Assembly: GCA_029855935.1 (NCBI GenBank)
Contig: JAGSHN010000016.1
Span: 128,001 to 192,000 of the forward strand
Direction: 5' to 3'
DNA: 64,000 bases
From: Candidatus Thorarchaeota archaeon
Lineage (GTDB): Archaea; Asgardarchaeota; Thorarchaeia; Thorarchaeales; Thorarchaeaceae
The notes under the pieces were generated by a model. It ran no database searches. It was not told the origin of the DNA and saw only the letters and a program-made list of their open reading frames with translations. The position numbers and the translations under genes were made by a program. This document shows, one piece after another, positions 57,998 to 64,000 of the stretch (positions are counted from its first letter, which is position 1; each line of letters opens with the position of its first letter).

Positions 57998-58103
57998 AGT
58001 CTATGATACCTGCAGGAATAGTCGAAGTTTCGTTGATTGTCTGACACAATGCTCCTCTGTGAGGCACTCACGTACCTGAGTGGGCCGCGGCCCGTCCCTA
58101 CGC

Positions 58104-59051
58104 TCATATCATTCCACGGTTGCCTACGACATCGAGGATTGCGGAGGCCAGTACTGAGGCACTCCTCTGCAGCCATAGTGGCGTGAGATTGGACTCGTGA
58201 GAGAGAAGCTCTTGGTCAGCAGCCATCTCTGCCCTGACGGGCGGCTCGGTCAGAAATAGCGTCCCGTCCGGGATGGACGAGCGTGTGAAGTACCAGTCGC
58301 GGTACTGGGCCGCCATCTCACGGTTTCTCTCAACGTCATCAAACTCGTCCAGACTGCGCCAGTTGAGTGCTATCATTGCGTCGCTCTTGGGGATTGCCTC
58401 AGGCCACTCCTCAGACTCCACCACCTCGACCATATCTTGACCCGAGGCTCTCTCGGCCTCTCGCACGACTCGCCTCAGCGGCCCGAATCGCGGTGGAGCG
58501 ACGACCGAGACCCGCGCCCCGAGGGCAGGCGCCAGCATCAGCAGGCTGTGGACAGTCCCGGGTGTGTCAAATCTGTCACCGAAGGCCCACGACACCGTGA
58601 TCTTTGCATCGTTCAGCGACCCCAGTCTGTCACGGATGAGGGACAGATGCGTGAGGGCCGCTACGTCTGCATAGACTTCGTTTCGAATGACAACGCTGAG
58701 GCACGAGAGATGCTCTGCCACAGCGTTTGTTACAGTCACGCCCCCTCCGAGGGTTTCGGTGTCAACAAAGCCCACAAGCATTGCGTCTGCGGCGTTGCTG
58801 CAGATAATGGCCTCTGTGATCAAGTCGTCGAGTGACGTACGGGTCGGCTCGTCCCAACCAAGATGCACGAGATGGGCATTGAGGCGTGCAGCTGCCAGCT
58901 CAGCAGCTCGGAGGTCCCACGATCTCAGCCCGTGAGCAAGAAGACCAATCACACGAGGGGTCGGTTCGTCGAGTGACAGACTGCCCTGCTCTATCAGTAG
59001 GGTCCTCCTCAGTATACCGCGTATCCGGTCGCTATCTCTGGCCAACTCCAT
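58104..59051 (-). CDS. Degenerate transcarbamylase (OTC/YgeW-like) homologue
   Basis: Fold landmarks 'AAELAAARL', 'ITVSWAF', 'LGARV.VVAP', 'SDAMIALNW', 'PPVR'; lacks the STRT and HPxQ motifs; start ATG 59051. Confidence 0.6.
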   Translation of the reverse strand: MELARDSDRIRGILRRTLLIEQGSLSLDEPTPRVIGLLAHGLRSWDLRAAELAAARLNAHLVHLGWDEPTRTSLDDLITEAIICSNAADAMLVGFVDTETLGGGVTVTNAVAEHLSCLSVVIRNEVYADVAALTHLSLIRDRLGSLNDAKITVSWAFGDRFDTPGTVHSLLMLAPALGARVSVVAPPRFGPLRRVVREAERASGQDMVEVVESEEWPEAIPKSDAMIALNWRSLDEFDDVERNREMAAQYRDWYFTRSSIPDGTLFLTEPPVRAEMAADQELLSHESNLTPLWLQRSASVLASAILDVVGNRGMI

Positions 59052-59431
59052 TGTGGTTGCGGTGGACTGAGCACAGCTGGCCTTTAGACGTTCCGTAGGG
59101 CACGCTCTGTGGCGCATCCGTCGGATGGTGGGTGTCATCGACGTCCGTGGCGTCCGCCACTGGTCAGTGGCCTCACCGAGCTGATTGACGCGCCCTTGGC
59201 GAGTAGTGACCTCTCCGATAACGAGTGGGCACTGGTTGACGAACCCGTCCGTGTCAGGCGCAGCGACATTCTCGCCAGCATAGTGGTGGAATCGCAGCAT
59301 CGGGCACAGGTATGTTCCCACGGAGCGTCTATCCTGCTGATGGCCCTGGGACAGAATCTCTCGATGGTCGCATCGGCAATGAGCAGAAATATCAGGGGAT
59401 TCCGAGCAAGGGCGGACCGAGGACTCTCAAG

Positions 59432-60820
59432 ATGCCTGTCTGCCCCATAGACTATGGTCGCTACGGTCACCGCGATATGGTGAGGCTGTTCGAGGAGGAA
59501 TATCGGCACGCACTATGGCTGAGGATCGAGGCCACTGTTGCGGAGGTGCAGGCCGAGCTCGGTATCATACCATCTGAGGCGGCTGAGGACATCATAGCGA
59601 CTGCCAGACCAGAGGTGGTCACACTTGAGAGAACGATGGAGATCGAGGCACTGCGACGGCACGATGTGGCGGCGCTGTACGAGGCGATAGCCGAGGAGTG
59701 CCAGGGCCCGGGTCGACGGTGGGTCCACTACGGCCTGACGAGCAATGATGTGAAGGACACAGCTCTCGCACTGCAACTGAGGGCTGCATTCGACGTACTC
59801 CTCCCACAGGTGGATGCGCTGTGTGATACCCTGGCAAGACGCGCTGAGGAGACAGTCGACCTCGTTGCTGTGGGGCGTTCCCACGGTCAGCATGCTGTCC
59901 CCATCACGTACGGGATACGCTTTGCAGTCTGGCTGGATGAGTTGAGGCGTCACAGACTGCGGCTGCTCGAGGCGCGTCACAGGGCCGTTGTCGGAAAGGT
60001 CGCGGGTGCGACGGGCAGCCATGCTGCACTCGGTCCCGTGGGCCTTGAGATGCAGGACAGAGTGCTGACACGACTGGGTCTGGGAGTGCCCATCGCCACA
60101 ACACAGATCGTTCAGAGGGACCGCCACGCGGAGGCCGTCCTTACATTGGCGAACCTCGCTGCAACGCTCGATAAGATCGCCACAGACATCCGGAGCCTTC
60201 AGCGGACGGAGATTGGAGAGGTCGCGGAGCCATTCGCAAGGGGCGAGCAGGTGGGCTCATCGGCAATGCCGCACAAGCGCAACCCGGTGACGTGCGAGAA
60301 GATATGTGGCATCGCGAGGCTCATCCGCAGTCTGGCGACGCCGGCCCTCGAGAATGTCGTGAGCTGGGAGGAGCGTGACATATCCCACTCCTCGACAGAG
60401 CGTTTCGTCATCCCTCAGTCATTCATCCTCACCGACTACATTGTGCGCGAGATGACACGGGTCATCGAGGGCCTGACGATATACACCGACCGGGTGGCGA
60501 AGAACCTTGAGATGACGAGGGGAATGATCTTCAGCGAGTATGTGGTGACCGCCCTGACGCAGGCAGGTGTGGAGCGTCCCGTCGCGCACGAGATTCTGCG
60601 AGAGGTGACCGCAAGGGCCGAACAGGAGGGAGTGGGTCTCATCGATGCCGCAGCGTCGCATCCGCGTCTGAGGGACATCATCAAGCACCTTTCACTCGAC
60701 ACTGACAACTATTATGAGTCGATCCGTGCGGTGTCGCGCACGATAGTGGAGAACGCCATCACCGCGTACCGCGACGACATCTGGCGACAACACGACCGAC
60801 GGGAGGACACAGGCGAATGA
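59432..60820 (+). CDS. purB: Adenylosuccinate lyase
   Basis: 'HDV.A', 'HYGLTSND', 'GRSHGQHA', 'GSSAMPHKRNP', 'ERDIS.S'. Confidence 0.95.
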   Translation: MPVCPIDYGRYGHRDMVRLFEEEYRHALWLRIEATVAEVQAELGIIPSEAAEDIIATARPEVVTLERTMEIEALRRHDVAALYEAIAEECQGPGRRWVHYGLTSNDVKDTALALQLRAAFDVLLPQVDALCDTLARRAEETVDLVAVGRSHGQHAVPITYGIRFAVWLDELRRHRLRLLEARHRAVVGKVAGATGSHAALGPVGLEMQDRVLTRLGLGVPIATTQIVQRDRHAEAVLTLANLAATLDKIATDIRSLQRTEIGEVAEPFARGEQVGSSAMPHKRNPVTCEKICGIARLIRSLATPALENVVSWEERDISHSSTERFVIPQSFILTDYIVREMTRVIEGLTIYTDRVAKNLEMTRGMIFSEYVVTALTQAGVERPVAHEILREVTARAEQEGVGLIDAAASHPRLRDIIKHLSLDTDNYYESIRAVSRTIVENAITAYRDDIWRQHDRREDTGE

Positions 60821-61605
60821 GGCTCCTTGTGACCCTGACAGCGGCAGAGGGCAAGCGACTGATCGCGAAGGGACTGCTGGGGCTTGAGGTCGTGCAGCAC
60901 GCGCTCCGCGAGGGCTATCTGTGTGTCACCCTCGGGACCACTTCCTCGTACCTCGTGGAGGAGATTCTCGGTGAGTACGACAAGACCCGTCACATCGCCG
61001 GCCTCACAGTTCCCCGAGGCGTGTGGGTGACAAGACCGGAGGCACGAGCGTATGACGCAATCTTCCACAGAGGAGAGTACCTCGAGCGCAAGAAGGTGAG
61101 GGACGTTCTCGAAGAGCTCGGGCCGGACGATGTGATTATCAAGAGCGCCAACGCCCTCGATGCCGATGGCGTACCGATAGTTCTTCTTGCGAGCGAGACG
61201 GGTGGGACCGTTGGCACGTTCCTCGGGGCTGTGGCTGCACGGGGTATCAATCTGCTCATGCCAGTGGGACTTGAGAAGTGCATCCCGGCAAGGTACGACG
61301 AGTTCAAGGACAGGGTGGGTATGCAGGCGTGGGACTACTACCTCGGTACACCAGTGGGCGCCATTGCCATTCCTGAGGGCCGGCCGTTCACAGAGGTTGA
61401 CGCCCTCCGGACACTGTTCGATGTCGAGGCGACACCCATTGCAGCAGGCGGTATCAATGGCGCCGAGGGATCAGTGACGCTTCTCGTCGAGGGGGACGAG
61501 GGTAGCATTCGCAGAGCGTACGAGTTTCTGAGAGATGAGATCAAGGGCGAGCCGCCATTTCCCCACGTAGCGCATCTCGCCGAGGACACTGGAGGTAGAG
61601 AGTGA
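60817..61605 (+). CDS. Conserved hypothetical protein (possible CoA-transferase/isomerase-like fold)
   Basis: 'T.AEGKRLIAK', 'GTT', 'KSANA.D', 'GGT.G', 'PVGLEK', 'AAGG..GAEG'. Confidence 0.7.
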   Translation: MRLLVTLTAAEGKRLIAKGLLGLEVVQHALREGYLCVTLGTTSSYLVEEILGEYDKTRHIAGLTVPRGVWVTRPEARAYDAIFHRGEYLERKKVRDVLEELGPDDVIIKSANALDADGVPIVLLASETGGTVGTFLGAVAARGINLLMPVGLEKCIPARYDEFKDRVGMQAWDYYLGTPVGAIAIPEGRPFTEVDALRTLFDVEATPIAAGGINGAEGSVTLLVEGDEGSIRRAYEFLRDEIKGEPPFPHVAHLAEDTGGRE

Positions 61606-62363
61606 TGCCCGACGAGGTCATCAGGACGGAGAGGCTGACAAAGGTCTTTGAGAAGGGGCGCAGGCGCGAGGTCGTGGCGCTCGATCAGGTGAACCTCACC
61701 GTGCAGCGTGGAGAGGTCTTTGGGCTGCTCGGGCCCAACGGAGCTGGGAAGACGACACTGATTCGGATCCTTGTCGGTCTGCTCACACCGACGTCGGGGC
61801 GGGCATTCGTCCTGGGGCGAGATGTCACAACGGACATTGACTATATCCGTCAGAGGGTGGCACTCCTTCCGCAGGAGGCAGGCATATACGAGAGGCTCAC
61901 CGCTCGTGAGAACCTGATCTACTACGGCGGACTGTACGGTATTCCCGAGGAGGAACTGAACAGGAGGGCCGACCGGCTTCTTGAGATGGTCGGTCTGCGA
62001 GAGAGGGAGGACCATCAGGTCAAGGCGTTCAGCGGCGGGATGAAGCGCAAGGTGCTCGTGGCACGGGCGCTGATCATCGAGCCGGAACTGGTCTTTCTCG
62101 ACGAGCCGACGACCGGTGTGGACACGCTCGGCGCAAGGGTCGTACGGAACATGCTCAAGAGGCTGAGCTCGGAGGAGAACCGGACAATCGTACTGACCAC
62201 GCACGACCTGCACGAGGTGTCGGAACTGTGCTACCGCGTGGGGATCTTGAACGAGGGGAGGCTCGTTGCTGTGGGCCGACCAGATGAGCTCGAGGAGAAG
62301 TTCAGGGCGGCGAACTTGGAGGAGGTGTTCACGAGTCTTGTCACAGGTGAGGGACTTCAATGA
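61602..62363 (+). CDS. ABC transporter ATP-binding protein (ABC-2/DrrA-like)
   Basis: Walker A GPNGAGKT, signature FSGGM, Walker B 'FLDEPT', 'TTH'. Confidence 0.95.
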   Translation: MMPDEVIRTERLTKVFEKGRRREVVALDQVNLTVQRGEVFGLLGPNGAGKTTLIRILVGLLTPTSGRAFVLGRDVTTDIDYIRQRVALLPQEAGIYERLTARENLIYYGGLYGIPEEELNRRADRLLEMVGLREREDHQVKAFSGGMKRKVLVARALIIEPELVFLDEPTTGVDTLGARVVRNMLKRLSSEENRTIVLTTHDLHEVSELCYRVGILNEGRLVAVGRPDELEEKFRAANLEEVFTSLVTGEGLQ

Positions 62364-62414
62364 CTCTTGTCACGACGAGTCATAGACAGACGACCGAAAC
62401 AGCCTCGCGACCAG

Positions 62415-63383
62415 CTATGTCATTTCCTGTCCGCGGCATCTTGAAACGCTGGATATCCCCATCAAATGCTGCCTGAGTTCCTCAATGCCGTCCTCAACCG
62501 AGTATTCGAACTTGAATCCAAGCCGGACAAGTTTCTCTGAAGAGATGGCATAGCTTGATCTATCTGGACTGGGAGATGGCGAAACCTCAACTCTCACATC
62601 GGGGAAGAATCGCTTGACTCGTTCCACCACTTGGTTCATTGTGAGATTCTCTGCGGCAACATTGTAGACATCTCCATCGGTTCCGCGATGAGAGGATGCG
62701 AATAGGTAGGCCTTCATTACATCTCTTATCTCAACGTAGGGCCGCATCTCCTCTAGTGAGGTTTCCCACACAGTGAGTGGGTGGCCTACAGACGCGTAGA
62801 CGGTGAATCTGTTGACAACAGTATCGAAACGCATGCCAACTGACCAGCCCGCAACGGTGCCAAGACGAAGCCCTGTCCAGCGAAATCCGTTCTCTTGTGA
62901 CCTCTTCCACATCTCCTGTTCAGCCATCAGCTTGTACTTTCCATAGGGGCTAATGGGAGAACACTCGAATGTTTCATCGACGATGCCGGGGGTCCGGCCA
63001 TAGACCGAGGCTGTCGACGTATAGATCATCTTCTCGACAATTCCGTCGGCAGCAGCCTCGAAGACATTCAGAGCTCCTTGGTAGTTTGTTTCATAGGTCA
63101 GCTGTTCCCTCTCAAAAGATAGTGGAGCATTTGTGATATCTGACAATGCAAAGACAACGGTCACATCCCGCATTGCTTCCTTTACGTGTTCTCGGTTCCG
63201 GACATCGCCAAGGAACATCTCATATCTGCATTCAGTGGGCAAGTCAAACAAAGACACGTACCTGTCGCGAAACATATTGTCAAATAGTCGTATTGTTTCA
63301 CCTTCGAATCTCTTGTGTATTGGCAACTCGCGGACCAAACGTGACCCGAGATACCCACAGCCTCCAGTCACTAGGATGACCAT
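62415..63383 (-). CDS. NAD-dependent sugar epimerase/dehydratase (extended SDR)
   Basis: 'VTGGCGYLGS', 'STASVYG', 'YGKYK', 'GMRFD.VVN'; visibly more AT-rich than the flank. Confidence 0.9.
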   Translation of the reverse strand: MVILVTGGCGYLGSRLVRELPIHKRFEGETIRLFDNMFRDRYVSLFDLPTECRYEMFLGDVRNREHVKEAMRDVTVVFALSDITNAPLSFEREQLTYETNYQGALNVFEAAADGIVEKMIYTSTASVYGRTPGIVDETFECSPISPYGKYKLMAEQEMWKRSQENGFRWTGLRLGTVAGWSVGMRFDTVVNRFTVYASVGHPLTVWETSLEEMRPYVEIRDVMKAYLFASSHRGTDGDVYNVAAENLTMNQVVERVKRFFPDVRVEVSPSPSPDRSSYAISSEKLVRLGFKFEYSVEDGIEELRQHLMGISSVSRCRGQEMT

Positions 63384-63776
63384 GTCGGATTACACTCCTA
63401 TGCTTCTCTTTCGCACCCGCCACGCAATAGCTCTCATATCGCCATATTAGTACATCTCGCACTATTGTCGGCTGCTGACCGCAGAGCACAGTCAAGCGGG
63501 TGTTGAGGGACGGATGTTGACATACAATCATCAAGAGCCTTCTCGCGAGTTCTATCTCTGGCGTGCTAGAGATGTCGTTTGCAAATGAGCTGGGCTCACG
63601 AATGGCGACAAATAGTGTACGACATCGCTGATGATAGAAATGGGCTTCTTCAGATGCGAAGCGGCCAAACTCTCCCGAGTGCGCTAGATGACGGTTCCGC
63701 CGTTGGGCCCTCCGTTGGAGAACAGTTAGAAGAGGCTCAGCGAAGGCCTCCGCACCCCTTCCCCGATGGCAGAGAT

Positions 63777-64000
63777 GTGCGCATAGCAGTGTTGTACACA
63801 CATCTTGTGCATTGGATGGGTGGAACACGCCATCTGTTCGAGGTGGCTAGGGGTCTGAGTGGCAAGCGCTCCCAATCTATTTGTTGAGAAAATCGGAAAG
63901 GCTCAAGACGTGTTCTCGTGGTTCATATTCCGGAGACAATTGGCATCTCATTTTGCAGCGCCAGGTACTGGGCATTGTTCCCATATTACCTACGCAAGAA
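63777..64000 (+). pseudogene. Frameshifted GT4 glycosyltransferase N-terminus
   Basis: 'MRIAVLYTHLVHWMGGTRHLFEVARGL' stops at 63887; plausible coding continues in other frames ('NLFVEK', 'ARYWALFPYYLRK'). Confidence 0.5.

Noticed and set aside
1-64000. tRNA, rRNA, selenoprotein read-through and IS elements
   Set aside because: None was recognised by eye and no in-frame TGA fell at a conserved Cys position; a tRNAscan-SE, Infernal and ISEScan run would be needed to exclude them

Overview
A gene-dense, GC-rich 64 kb archaeal chromosomal segment. The Rab-like GTPase, A/V-type ATPase genes, TATA-like promoters and tetrahydrofolate C1 genes point to an Asgard archaeon, probably Thorarchaeia-like (inference). 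Contents in order: a THF/formimino C1 cluster (fhs, folD, fused FTCD) interrupted by a membrane-anchored prenyltransferase-beta-repeat gene; a Rab-like GTPase operon; glmM; a small coiled-coil protein ending in an Ena/VASP-FAB/WASH-C-like helix; a complete divergent bacillithiol-type cluster (bshB <- -> bshA-bshC); pyrF; trmI; a 10-bp-phased repeat in front of a wHTH unit; a split A/V-ATPase membrane/stator locus (I, H, E, K, C) with an AtpZ/AtpI-like gene; LarA; an FGGY kinase; a PadR-TRASH regulator; a membrane-arm-only NuoJ/J'/K/L/M/N operon; UPF0182; a Dol-P-Man/GT-C glycosylation cluster; hypC; a degenerate transcarbamylase; purB; and the edge of a more AT-rich sugar-modification island with a frameshifted glycosyltransferase. 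No rRNA, tRNA, CRISPR array or transposase was recognised. The two best candidates for new biology are the archaeal bacillithiol-like pathway and the adjacent VASP/WASH-like putative actin regulator. All family assignments come from motif recognition by eye, not from database searches.
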